A DNA stretch of 64,000 bases from Felis catus (taxonomy: Eukaryota). Position numbers and translations under genes: made by a program. Where the stretch lies: the NCBI RefSeq assembly GCF_018350175.1, contig NC_058383.1, positions 8,682,001-8,746,000 on the forward strand. The letters run 5' to 3'. The notes below the pieces were generated by a model that saw only the letters and a list, made by a program, of their open reading frames with translations, made no database searches and was not told the DNA's origin. This document shows positions 34,778 through 47,870 of the stretch, one piece after another; position 1 is the first letter of the stretch, and each line of letters begins with the position of its first letter.

Positions 34778-37469
34778 TACTTTCTAGAACGTTTTCAGGA
34801 AACATCGTTTCCTGAAAGGAGTAAGGCCCCTGAACAGTAATCCTCCAAAGTGCCTCTGTGGCATTGGCCCCCGAGGTGTGGTCCTAGGAGGAGGGTCCAG
34901 GCCGTCTCGGGCCCCGTGGCTGCCGAGGCTGGTGGGTGTCCCACAGAAGCGTGGAGCTGGGTGAACTGTTGACCTGTGAACCAGAGGCCCTGGAAGACGT
35001 GCAGGGATGCTTCCGGATACAAAGTGGTTCCTGCTCGCGTGTGTCATTTTGCACAAGTGATCACAGCAGTCGGTGATTGCAATTCATAACGATGCACTTG
35101 AAGTCAGAACTTAATATTTTTGTAAAATTTCCTCAGTTGACCTTAGTTCTCTCTTCTTCTAAGAAGGTTGAATTTAGTGCTGTTCCTTGTTTTGTTCCAC
35201 GAGCTTGTTTGCAGGGCATTTATTTATTACTTAGAATGCAAAGCTCTTTTCCACAAGGAAAGAAAACCTGAAAGTGTTTGAGCTCTGGTTGATTGAACAT
35301 AAAAACCTGCCTCGTGACTCACCTAAGGGAAAACGAACAGCATTTTCCAAATACCTCTTCTGAGCTACGCTTGGCCTTTTACTGGATCCTCCCAGGGGGG
35401 ATGAGGCCAGGGCGCTTCCCGACGCCCCGTCGCCATGCCGGTGCATGACAGAGCTGGGTCCGAGCTGGTCTCTGTTACAGAGCCCCCGCTGTCACTCCGC
35501 CTCGTCTGCCTCCGTGAAGGACCCGGGCTGAGCTCTGGAGACCAATAGAGCCTGCTGGTCCGGGGCAGATGTCTTTGTGGACCTCTTCCCCATCCGGAAC
35601 GTGAGGTTATAGATGCAGGACGGTCCGGCTCCAGCGCGGAGCTTGGTCCCGCTTCGGATTGTTCAGCATCTCCCTGCAGCCTGCAGGACAAATCCGGCTC
35701 CTTCCGACCCCAAGCCCGTCTCCAGCCTTGCCGACCTCTGTGGAGCCTCCGGTCCGTCCCCTCCCTGCCACTTCCTGCACTCTGCCTTATTCGTCCATAC
35801 GCTTCGCTCACGGCTCAGCTCGGGTCCCTGCCACCCTGGAGCTCTGACTCCTGTGCACGATGATGCCTCCGACGAGTGGCAGCAGCCCTCGTGTGGGGTT
35901 CGTCATGCTTCCTCCCCAGTTAAGTCCCCTCGCCCGGACACAGTGCCCCGCACGTGGCAGGTGCCGCACACATAGAATGGACGAGCGTGGGCCACGTGGC
36001 CCACCGCCAGGTGCCTCTTTAATGGTGAGATTCGAAAGGCGGGGGGCGCTGTGCGCATAGTCACGTCGTGGCAGTGGTTACTGACGGGTTGTCATGTCCT
36101 CAAGTGGGAGAGCCGGTCAGTGTGGAAACACTGCTCGTCTCGAAGTCTGTCATGGATCAGAGTCGTTTCAGAGCTTTTGGACATTTATTTCTTAATCAAA
36201 AAGAAATTTGTCTCGTGAGCGTTAGGGGCCTTTATCCTGATTACTCCACGTGACGGCGGAGCCCCTCAGGCTCCCTTACAAGAGGCAAGGACAGGGACAG
36301 TGTCTTCCTTGGTCACCGCCGTGGCGGCACAGAGCACCTGCCCGAGGGCTTCTCGGAGGCTGACTGGGGACTCTGGTGGCAGGTCCGATAGAATACACGA
36401 AAGCAACAGAGTCGGTCTGGCGCCCTCGTATTCCTGACGCAGGCTAAAAACAAACGTGTGATGTATTTTATGTTGGGAATACGTTCGAAATAACTGTTGG
36501 CCAGAAAGGCCAAGGTCAGAAAAGGTGGAGGTCCCGCTGGGAGAATCTGCCCCCCCACCCCCCCACGCGTCAGCCTCGGCGTCTCCCAGGTGTCCCGAGC
36601 GCCGTCTTCACGGCCTGCATCATCCCATCGGGGGCTGGGGTGGGAGGTGGGAAATCCGGGCTGAACCCTGAAGTCCGGGGTGAGCTGTGAAGAAAGCGTC
36701 ACCCTCCCTGGCTGTGAAAGCTCGAAGCTTTATTTGCGGTGCCCGCACCACGGCGGGCCTCACCTCGCCTGAAATCTCTTCCTCGTCAGCGGCAGCCCTC
36801 CTGGCTGGGTCCGCACCAACTTCTCCTCCTCTGCACCTCCTGCCTCAGACCTCTTCCCCCAGTCTCACATCTCCACTTCGGTTTTTTCCGTCACTCCCAG
36901 CTCCACAGCCCTGCTCATGCGCCCTCCCGTCCCTCACGTGGCCGGCCCTGCAGACCTCTCACGGTTCCCAGGTCTCTGGGAGGTGGCCTGGCCAGCCCTT
37001 CCTGTCACCATCGTGCTCGTGATCTTTCCTGCATCCCGGCGCGTTTGGAATGAGGCCTCCACACCCTGACAGGCACCCCGGGGCTCTTGGCGACGATGGG
37101 TCCCACAGCCCAGTGCCAGACAGACTCGGCCTTGGCCCAGATGCACCAGGCTCCCTGTGCTCGGGACGCCGGGGTCCCCTCTGGCAGCGAGGGCTCCCAC
37201 GTTCCGGGGCCTTTGGGCTTGCTCGTTCCTCTCCTTCCGCCTGTCGACATCCTGCCCACCTTCCAAGGCCCAGCCGGGCCGCCTGTCCCTCTGTGACCTT
37301 CCCAGGCCCCCCTCCCCTCCCACAGTACCTTCCTCACTCCATCCTGCCTCCGTGCGTGGCCGAGGGCCCCGCTCCTCCTAAGGAACCAGAGACCCTGGGT
37401 GGTAGTGTCAGATCCCACACGGCGTCCCCACTGGCGCCTCGCCTACGACCTTGCCTGTGCCGGGCGGTG

Positions 37470-37730
37470 CTGATGACGACAGTAATAGCAGGAGTGGTGG
37501 CTGGCTTTATGTTAGGCACAGCGCTCGGTGCTCTGCAGCCACTATTATTTTATTCCACCTCACGGCGTCCCGGTGGGGTGGGTAATCATCTCTGGATTTC
37601 ACAGATGGGAAAACGCAGGCCCCGAAGCATCAGGGAAGTTTCCAGGCTCTCACGGAAGGTCACGGAGCTGCCCAGGGGCAGAGCCCACACTCAAACCCAA
37701 ACCACTGGCCGTGCTCAGTGTGAATTTTAG
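37470..37730 (-). mobile_element. MIR
   Basis: ctttatgttaggcacagcgctcggtgct...cctcac...atttcacagatgggaaaac...aaggtcacggagct. Confidence 0.7.
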
Positions 37731-40700
37731 CTGAAGGTCCTCGTGTTTAGGAGTTCGAAGGCCGTTTGCGGGTGAGGAGGCCCAGTGCTGTCGCCTGATG
37801 GAAGCTGAGCCTGGCACAGAGACGTCCTGGGTGCACACGGTGGGTGGAGGCACGGCCGGAGGGCGGGCACCGTGTGCTGACCCCAGCCTGGTTTCCTCCA
37901 GCTGCTCGCGTTCTCATCTCCTCCGTCACCCCCACTGCCAGGTGCATGGACAGCAGAAAGGCAGCCGCGTGGGTAGATTGGGGCAGAGCGTGGCTCCCCG
38001 GGAAGGACACCCGTCGTGTCTGTCCGCACCTGCTTTCTGTGGCTGTAGTTTGTGTGTGGGTTCCTGTGCTCCGGGGAGTGACGACGACGACGACGGCCTC
38101 ACCACGGCAGAGACGAGCCACACTGGGGAGAGGCTGAGGGGTGGAGGGCGGCCACCCCCGGGGTGGTTCCTGCAGCCCCAGCCCTGCCGGGAAGAACAGG
38201 TACAGTGACCTTAAGTTCATTCGGCACACGTGTGTGCTCGTCTGCCCCAGAGCCTCTCCGGGTTCGTGTTGTTACATCCCCGGTGACAGATGAGGAGCCG
38301 TCCGGCCTCATCGGGCCCGGGGCCGCGCAGTGCGAGGGAAAGCCCGTTTGGCCGCTCGGCGCTCCGTCTTCCCTTTGGTAGATGGTTCTGGGTGCATCCG
38401 GAGTAGACGAGCGTCGGGGTAAAAGGTTTTGTGTTAGAATAGCATCTGCATGCAAATAAGAGTCAACGGGGTACGTGGAGAAAGTGAACTTGAAAAAGGC
38501 CAGGTAAGTAAAGTAGCTGCTAAGTGTACCAAGAAGCAGGACTCCCCGACGTGTGGTCGGGGAGAACCACCGGCCGTATTTCTTCCCTTTTCAATCCCCC
38601 AGCTCCTCGGCCTTTGCACCGGGTAATGCTGCTGACGTTCCTGGTGGAAACCCTGGGGAGAGGGCGGCCGGCAGAAGTCGCAGGACGAAAGCCACGGGGA
38701 TTTCAGAATCCCCTTTTCCTTTCAGTGTGTGTTTGCACTGAGCCACGCCAAATGCTGCCTGAGCCTCCGGGACGGGGTGAACTTGCCGGGCGGTCCAGGT
38801 GCTGCTGAGGCCGTGTCCCCTCCCCACCCCCACCCAGCGCAGAGAGGCAGCACTTCCCCGGGTGGCTCATGAGATCCAGCACTTCTGGCTTCATGACATT
38901 AAAAAGAGTACCTAAGAAAAACGCTGTGGAAAACGCAAATAGCGTTCGAAACAAACGGCGGGTTCCCCTCCCTCCCGCCACCGTGGGCGGAGCAGTTGAA
39001 GCGCTCCACAGTGGCAGCTGAAATGTTGTCCCCAAGAGAAGCCAGGCACCCAGGCCAAGTGCCGAGGTCACTGCTGAGACAGCACTCGTGGTCTGTGTCC
39101 CAGGTTAAGCATGGACGCAGTCAGAGAGGGTCACTGGAGGAAAGCCAGCTCCTCTAGCTTGGAGGTTTCCCGCTCAGTGTTTTGAAGCTCCTGGGGAAGT
39201 GGGGAGGGGGCTGGCCTTACCGGCCTCCCCATCTTCCACCAGAGTAGTTCCATCTTTGCCCGCTCACACCCAGGTACCACATCTGTGTAAAGTTTTGTTT
39301 GAAAATAGTTTTCTACAACCAAAAATATAAAAAAAAAGTTTGAAGATCACTAACCTAGACTCTCACCTCCTTGTTTGTGATTTGGGAAACTTAGGACCAC
39401 AGAAGGGAGGTGGCCGGCTAGTGAGCTGGGTGCCAGTTGTCACCTCACCTCATACACTGGCTGGTGGGTCCCCAAGGACCGTGTGCCCAGTGCCCATCAA
39501 GGCTCAGTACATGGTTGTAAATTGGAGTAAATAGACATTTTCCAATTGGCCATATGGCCCATAGGATGACACTGATTTAATTCTCTTATTTCAGCTTGGC
39601 TGGAGAGGTAAACTCAGACACGAAAACGGAAAGTCAGATGGTCCTGGCTGTGTCTGGAAGGTGATTCATCAAACACTCGAAAGGTTAACAAGACTTTGCT
39701 CTTGTATCATTTGAGGGGTTTCTTTGTTTATGGCAATTATATGCCATTAGAAAGTAATGTAGTTCCATTTTCAGTAGAGAATAATACAGTGTATATATAT
39801 AAGTATATAATACCCCAGTCTTCAAATCTGGGGACCTCTGACCTCCCAAGTTGGGCTGGGCTTGCTGTGCCGACCGCAGTCAGCTCGGGGTTTCATCCGG
39901 GTTTCAGCTTTTCCCTCTCTGTGGCATCCTCTCCTTACTGCCCACTGTGTCCCCAGTCCCTTCCCCTGGCCTCGGCCACCGTCCCTGGACCGTGTCTCCA
40001 AGTGCAGAAGACACCCTTGGGCCTTGTCTTCCACATGCCTTCACCTGAGAATGCACCCCTCCCTGGTTCCCTGAGGTCCCCTCTCTCTGTCATCATGGTG
40101 CTCCTGGGAGCACACACTGGCCCTTTACACCCGTGTGTCTGTTCAGCGGGCTGGGACTTTACGAGGGCATCACTTACTCTCTCTGTCCCTCAGCTCCCAG
40201 CCCGACCAGCTCTGGGTCCATTTACCCAGCGTCTCTGTGCGTCAGAGTGTCCAAAGCCAACATAGTGATCTCTGCTTGCTCGGGCTTTCTGCCTCCCTGG
40301 TGGTGGCTGCGTCGCCCACTGAGCCGCCCTGGCCTGCAGCCTGGGAGCGGCCACGTGGCACTCGCCTCCCTCATCTGCACATTACCAGGCTCGCCAAGCT
40401 CATCTTCTAAAGGCCTCAGGTTCGTTCATTTTTCTCTCCATCATGCCTTACGAGTCGCTTTGATTTTATTTTTTCTTAGCTTTTACTTTATCTAGAGCTC
40501 TGCTGGTTATCATCTTAGCAGTCTCTCCAGGACACCTCGGCCAGCCTTGCGCACCTTTAATTGGCTTTCTTTGCCCAGACAGTTGGATTTAGACCTGGGC
40601 CGAAGGCGTTGGCTCTCTCTGTTCTTGCCTTCCGGTACCACTTGTTATCTGCCTCCCGAGGATGTTACAGAGGGCTTTGCTTTCGTTGGTGGAGGGCATT

Positions 40701-43700
40701 TAAGAACTCATTTATCCAGAAGAGAAACCGTAGGAACCGGGTGGCTTTGGTGACTGCCGATGGACTGTTATTGGGAACCGTTGGGGGTCGGGATCTCCAG
40801 GCACCCCCCTCCCCACTGCCGTTTTTCCCAGATCGTTCAGGACGCCGCCTCACATCCTCCCGAGAGAGCCCGTTAAAGCCACCCTAGCTGATTTCCTCCT
40901 GTTTGTATAAGCCGGAGAAACCACACGCCGTGACATAGCATATACTGTGTACCTCATCGGCTCCTTCCTGTTCTTTCTGCCGTTCTTTTAAAAATTAATG
41001 AGTCTAGATTTCTTCTTCTCCTAAGTCAGCACCATCTGAACCTGTTTGGCTTAAATGATGGCCTTCTGCCTTTTGACTAAATGACCCTAATCACATCTCT
41101 CTGATCTGAGTGAAGGGTCACTTCTGATCAACGTTGTCAGAACTTCCGGCCACACTTGCCTTGGGAAGTGATCTCGATCACCAAATAGAAAATCAAGTGC
41201 CAAAAAAGAACCTTGCCGACTGTGATAAAATGTCCTTAGGCCGCAGTTGTCAAAGATTAGATTTACTTGTACAAAACTCGTGTTGATGTTTGAAAAGCAC
41301 GTGGGTCTGGCCCTGGGCCCGTAGGCAAGACGACACCCTGGTGAACACAGAGCGATTTGTGTTTATGGGGACTTAGCAGATTGGTGGGTAGTTTGCAGTC
41401 AGCTTGGCAGTGCTTATTCATATTTATCCCAAGAGCTGCAGGGCCATCTGCCTTTTTTTTACATTTTGGTGGCGATGTCTGACCTTCCTGGGGAGGAGGA
41501 CTCCCGGGGAGGCCGTGCCTCGGAGGGTGGCCGGAGGGTGACTGGGCACTTCGGGAGTCGCCGTCCTCTGCTCCGGGTCGGCACTGGGAGAGAGGGTGGA
41601 GGGAACGCTGCTCCAAACTGGGTCCCGTGCTCTCAGGCCCAGCTGACCCTGGAGGAGTCCCCGCTCCGGGCCTTCCGGGTGGACGGCAGCCCGTGCCTCT
41701 GGCAGCCAGCCCCAGCTGCTCAGGCATATTGCGGCAAGTCGTTTCTTTCTGGTTCGCCTCTGCCTCGCTTGGCGTGACCAAGCCCGGAGGGGCCCCGGGG
41801 CGGATCTGGAGGTGGTGGTACTGAAGCAAACACACAAGGGGAGAAGATGAAGTGAGGATCCCCAAATGCAGAGCTTTCCTTCTGCCTCTCTTCTTCCTTT
41901 TTCCCGGCATCCTTTTTTCCTTCTTTCTTTCTGTGACTTGTCGATACGGCCCCCTCGCTGTCTCCTCTTTCTCCTCTACCACGGCCTTGCCATCCGATGT
42001 CCACCAATAAAAACCACCCAGAAAAATCTCACACCCCCTTCCGTGTGCCTGTCCAAAGCAGCCTGCTCTAGAAACCTCCCTCTGTGTGCGCTTCAGCCCT
42101 CCCCTGTGTTGTCCGTATCTGGGCGCTTGCCTTCTGTCCTCCCCATCCCGCAGACGAGAAGAACAGACTCGTAGTTAGGAAGCTGCTCGAAGCCACCCGG
42201 CCCCTGACGGAGGAAGCCAGCCAAGCGCAGCTGAGAGCCGGGCTCCAGGGCGAGGCTTTGCTGACAGGCCTCGGCTCTCCCTTCCCGCCTGAGGATCGCA
42301 GGGAGGGTTGACTGTGGGTCAGAGTGTCTGGTCATAAGGCCGACCCCGCCCAGCGCTGCGGGGCCCTGCCGGCCCCCCCAGAGCAGCTCTCACTGGCCTG
42401 GCCTCCCCACCCGCAGCCCTGGGGCTCCCCGGCCGCGGAGCAGGCGCCGCTCAGTTACTGTGTCGTCCTGGCCGTGCACCCCCCCGGCCCCACCCCGGGA
42501 CCTGGCACAGAGCCATGAGCCTTTTAAAGATAGCTCTCCGCTTCCCCACGTTTCCGGGGTGTCCAGAGTGCCCACTGCGGAGCTGAGCCTGGGGTGCACG
42601 GATGAGGCAGCCACTTCCTGCCCCCCCGGGATGGAGGCGTCCCAATACAGGACAGACCCCGGCCGAGCGTTCCCCCAGGACGGCCTGGAAGGCACCCGTC
42701 GTCTTCATCTACCTCCTGCTGTGGCAGAGCAGCTTTTCCACTTAGGCCCATGAAGTTTCAGGAAGGATGGAGAGGGAGGGGCGGCTTTCCCGACTTCAGT
42801 CTTCCTGAAGGTAAACCGATTCCTGGTGAAAACGGGCGTTTTGGAACGAAGCACGCAGCCTTGGCACATGGTACCCTAGCTGCCCTGGGGGGGGGGGCGG
42901 TCAGGGGACACGCTTCCCAGGATGCATCACAGCACCTGCGGGCAGGGGGCCTTGCTTGTGTGGGTGTCAGCACCCAGCTCTTTCTTCCTCCTTTCTAGAA
43001 GTCCTGGGGAGTTGTTCTCTTGAGGGCATGATAGATGACGGCTGATGAAGGCCCTTGACCTCTCTGGTTTATGGCGGGGCTTTGCCGTGTGTTTCCTCTT
43101 GGCCCTCGGGCAGGAGCGTTTCCCTCCTCGAGCCCAGCCCATCGGCTTCCTCCTGGTTCTGCAGACATTCAGAAAAGGCACGTTGGCTTCTGTCGTGCCA
43201 TCGAGACCTACGTGTCGGGGCACCTGCTGTCCCCGCGCCGGCTCAAAGCGGGCGATCTGATTGTCAGGAAAGGGGAGGCGGCCGGTCCCTAGGGCCTCCT
43301 GGGTGTTCGTCCAGAGAAGCAGCCCTCATCTCCTCTGAGGTTCCCCTCCTCCTGGCCTCGGCAGGAGCTGCCGGCCGCGCCTGCGCATGGCCCCTTGAAC
43401 TCCATCGATGTCAAGTGTCAGAAGATTACTTTGAGATCTCGGCTCTCCAGCAGATACACCAGCCCGGGAGCTGACGTCCTTTGATTTATGTTGGCTACAT
43501 CCAGATAGCGGGCTGGCCACTGCTTCGAGAGAGCACCCCACAATTAGAGTGTCTGAGTGTGGTTTCTGCTCCGCTGAGGCCCGTGACAAATTGCCTGAGG
43601 AGACCCCCCGACAGAGGACGATGGGTTCATCGGCAGCACAGCCACTGGTGGGCCCAATTGCGTCCAAGATTGCACTTGGCCCGGCGGTCTGTGCTGCCCT

Positions 43701-45197
43701 GTGAGTGGTCCAGCTGCTTGGTTTCAGATTACTTGATGAACGTATTGAATTGGGTCTGGTTGAAAACTCTATAGCTTTTGAAGCCTTTGGGTTTGGTAAG
43801 AAAATGGAATCCTTTGTCCCAACCCAGGGCCTGTTGGTTTTGTCGATGTCGTGTGAGCGTGTTTTAAAGAGTCTCTATTTTGAGCTGTTTGGAAAAGCAG
43901 CCGCCCCGACTTGAGACACATGTGTCTTAAGCTCATTTCCCGATGTTGGCACCAAAATAGAAATCGGACTCTGTGTGCAGGATCTCTCACAGGCAACTTG
44001 TCGGTGGAACTGCTTCCAAATGTTTTGCCAAGTACGCCGGCTTGACCCAGCTTCATCCCGGTCCTCGTGTGGAGGCGGGAGCACAAGATGTCCCGTTGCT
44101 TGACCTGCACCCAGTTCTCTCCCGCAGCCAGCCGTCCACACACCCGTGAAGAGTTCACTCGGTGGGGCGAGTGCAGGTCCCCACGGTGCCGATGGGTTGG
44201 GGTTCATCCGTATTGAGGGCAAGATGTTTCTGAGCACTCGCTTTCGACCGATGTCCTGCAGCCCTCGCTTGGAGAATCCGTGGGACGGCTTGGGGTCTTT
44301 CAAGAATGACTGTGCCCACCTGCCCACCAGACTCCGGCCGGAGGGGGACCGACCGTGGGCGTTTGTCTTGGGTACTCCCGGGAGCTCCAGTCGCCCTCTC
44401 CCCCGGAACAAAGTTGTTTAATTTGGGGGTTCCTTGTCTTCTAACTGAAAATCTCTTGTTTATTTAGCTTTAAGGATGGAGAATGGAAATGCTCTTTCTG
44501 TACCTTTGAGTTTTTTCACCAACCCATGTGCTCAAGTTAGAGACCTCGCTATCCGCTCACTACTGACGTGAATAGAAAAATGAGACTCACTTACAGACGT
44601 TTGACTGATGGTCAAGAGAGGTGTTGTGCAAAGTGAAAGGGTGTGTGGTTGCAGCTTCTGTGTCACAGCTTGAGTCCGGGGCAGGGAGGGAACTTTGGTT
44701 TTCGGTCCCTTCTCCTTTGCCTCCGTGGCCGTGGCGTTTGGGGTGGTTCTGTTCCTCCCTGGCATATTCCGCCTCCTGTTTTCTTGCAGGGTCTTGCCCT
44801 TCCGGGGCTCCCAGGTCTTGTGCGGCCCTCCCCAGCATGAGTACAATTCCAGGTGGTGGCCTCCCCGGCTGTTGTGGTCCAAAGACACCTTGCTGGGGGG
44901 GGGCCACAGCCCTCTCAGAGCTCCGTCCCCTCTTGGCTTGAGGCTGACGTGAGGTCTGCTTGGGTGTCTGGACGGGGCTCCCTGTTAGATTATTTGGGGG
45001 CCCCCAGGGAAATGAGGGCGCTCTGTGGCTCTGACAGCATCTCTTGGCTTCCTGGCCACTCCCTCCCGTCACATACGCCGTATTAGAAGTGTGGAGTCCT
45101 TCCCCTCCTTGGAAGGGAGATGGGAGCTGTGGCCCCCCCCCACGGAGGGACCATCCAGTGAGAGTCATCTGGTCCTTCGAGGGAAGGTCTCTGTCTC

Positions 45198-45219
45198 TCC
45201 CCCCCCCCCCCCCCCCCCC
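45198..45219 (+). repeat. Poly-C homopolymer (about 21 nt)
   Basis: Direct reading; similar C/G runs occur near 32429, 47306, 48497 and 63139. Confidence 0.85.
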
Positions 45220-46384
45220 ATCTAACAGGTCCACCGCCTGGGACACAGTGCCACAGGCAGAAGGGGCTGGCACGTGTCTCCATGCGGTTAGAGACATACT
45301 TTGGTTTCGGGGGACCGGCGGAAGCTATCCTAATAAAGGAGGTTATTTTTTGGCTAGTCAGAAAGTGCCCTGGGAGGGGCTGACCACCAGCCTCATATTT
45401 GCAAACGATAGCGACCATGTTGGAGGGTCTCGGGATTGGAGGAAGGGGCTCCTGTGGACAGAGCAGGCCCCGCCCCCCCCCAGAGACCTGGGGCCCATGC
45501 CAGCCCCGCCACTCCCATCAGGCCGCCCCAAGCTTCTCCAGGCTCTGATTCCTCGCTCTCAGAGTGGCCTCCCAGGCCGTTACATTAAATGGCCGGGACT
45601 CACGAGGTAATAAGGTCCACCACAGTGTCACTTAAATTAATCTCAAATTGTGACCCCAGCTTTAGAATGACCTCGAATGTGAAATATCACCCTTCTCCCT
45701 GAATTTCTCTCTGCCTTGTGTTACAAGATGCGTAGACAGTCTGGGTTTCCTAAAAAACTAGGGCTCAATCCTTTGTCTCCTGTCACACACATCTGGGCGC
45801 AGTCGGGAAGGTTTTCCAAATGGCAGAGTGTGGCCCGGGTAAGCCGTGTCCAGCGGGCCGGGCAGCGTCCACCCCCAGCACACAGACTTCACGAGAGACA
45901 AGTGGGGGGGGGGGCGGTTAGCCTGACCCAGGGATGAAATTGGATCGTGGGAGCACGGGTTAGGCTGCTCGAATCATCTGCCTGGCAGCTGAGCAAATCC
46001 TCACACGCATTCTATATTTGTGTGGACTTGGAGAGAACGTCAGGCTTCAACGTTTACAAGAAGAGAAAATAAATTTTGGTGATAAATCAGCTCGTAAATA
46101 AGCACCAGTGACAATCAGCTTTCATCTCCAGAACGTTCTGAGCTCTTGAAGGAGAGATTCATATCCCACATCTCATGGGCTGGGTCCTACCCAAGTGGGG
46201 AAACTGAGGCCGGAGGGTGCTGCCCATTGAGATGCTCCGGTCTCCTGGCTCCTTCCAGTCGGCCTCATTTCCCCGAAGCAAAGCCACACTCCCCCTCACA
46301 GGTGCGCACACCTGCGACAGGCGAGTGGGGTGGCGAGTGAAGAGAAGAACGAGGGAACAAATCAGGGGCCCCAAACTTTCTCTT

Positions 46385-46599
46385 TAAAAAAAATTTTTTT
46401 TTTTTTAACATTCATCTTTGAGAGACAGAGACATAGCTCTCGTCGGGGAGGGGCAGAGGGAAGGAGACACGGAATCCGAAGCAGGCTCCAGGCTCCGAGC
46501 TGTCAGCACAGAGCCCGACGCGGGGCCTTGGAACCCACCAACCTCGAGATCGTGACCTGAGCCGAAGTCGGTCGCTCAACCGAGCCACCCAGGCGCCCC
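46385..46599 (-). mobile_element. CAN-SINE with 14-bp TSD
   Basis: TSD ccaaactttctctt at 46371-46384 and 46600-46613. Confidence 0.95.
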
Positions 46600-46761
46600 C
46601 CAAACTTTCTCTTAAAGGCCCAGATGCTAAATATGGTAGGCCTGGCTGCCCGAGAGGCAAACTAAGGATATTATGTAGCTGCTTCTCCAACCCTCCGAAA
46701 CGTAATCACTGAAAAGCATAAAAACCGCTCCCAGCTCGCTGGCCATAAAAATACTGGGAGC

Positions 46762-46952
46762 GCGGCGCCTGGGCAGCTCTGTGGATTCAGCTTCCTACAC
46801 TGGATTTTGGCTCAGGTCACGATCTCACAGTTTGTGATCGAACCCCACGTCTGTGCTGTGAGCACAGAGCCTGCGTGAAATTCTCTGTCTCTCCCTCCCT
46901 CCCTCCCTCCCTCCCTCTCTCCCCTCCCCCCCCCAAATAAATAAACATTAAA
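46762..46952 (+). mobile_element. CAN-SINE (diverged) with (TCCC)n
   Basis: ggcgcctgggcagctc...ttggctcaggtcacgatctcacagtttgtga...aaataaataaacattaaa. Confidence 0.88.
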
Positions 46953-47662
46953 TCCTGCTGGATTTGGCAGGGCTGGGTGGTCCACTGCTTGTCACGGGCA
47001 GGATTCTGTAGGTTGTCCTGGCACAGCCCTCCTCAGCCTCCCACGGGAGTCCCTGGCAGTCTCCGAGTTTCCCCGTGTCGCGGTCACACAGAACTTGGCC
47101 TTGGATAGAGTCAGATGGGACCCACGGAATACTCCCGGGGACGCCTCCCCTGCCTCCCTGCCCAGCTCCCTGCTAAAGTTATGGTTCTCCGTATATCCCT
47201 TCCGGAACCTGTTCCTAGAGGTGCAGGCAGTGCAGCCTCTCTGAGGCCCTTTCCCTGAAGAAAGAGCAGCTGCAAAGGATCCCAAAGAGAAAGAGAGCCA
47301 GGAATGGGGGGGGGGGGGGCACGTCGAGGAGTTGAGCCAGGCAGTCGGATTTTTGCAGATGATGGAAGATGAGCTTGGAAAATAAGGCCACGGGAGCTTA
47401 AGGGCGAGGTGATCGTTGCAGACCTGGGGAAGCGGGAAGTGCAAGGTTCCGGGGGACGCTGTAGCCACGCAGAGAAAGCCGCCCGGGTTTGGTTTCAGTC
47501 TTCCTCCTTCCTGCCTGGGAGAAGAAAACAGATCGGCATGAGGTCCGTCTCCCTTGGTTTGGACCAGCTTTGGGCGCTCTGGTTGCTAACTTGTGTTTTT
47601 TAACGACGGGGCCCGTTGTCTGGGTACTTTTGAAACAGGGAAGTCTTACTAGACTCTCTCGA

Positions 47663-47870
47663 GAGGCGGCTGGGTGGCTCAGTCAGCTTAGCGTACGACT
47701 TGGGCTCAGGTCATGATCTCACGGTCGGTGGGTTCGAGCCCCGCGTCGGGCTCTGTGCTGACAGCCTGGAGCCTGCTTCAGATTCTGCGTCTCCCTCTCT
47801 CTCTGCCCCTCCCCTGCTCATGCTCTGTCTCTTCCTCTGTCAAAAATGAATAAAAACATTTTTTTTTAAT
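47663..47870 (+). mobile_element. CAN-SINE
   Basis: gaggcggctgggtggctcagtcag...gagcctggagcctgcttcagattct...aataaaaac. Confidence 0.93.

Larger units (their letters stand above)
46364..46990 (-). mobile_element. MER58C/D-like hAT fossil interrupted by two SINEs
   Basis: caggggccccaaactttctc|ttaaaggcccagatgctaaatat...gaggcaaactaaggatattatgtag...taaaaaccgctcccagctcgctggccataaaaa|...ctggatttggc. Confidence 0.7.

Noticed and set aside
43728..43795. 68-nt exon-like unit between tttcag and gtaaga
   Set aside because: Weak pyrimidine tract, unrecognised peptide, indistinguishable from background pseudo-exons.
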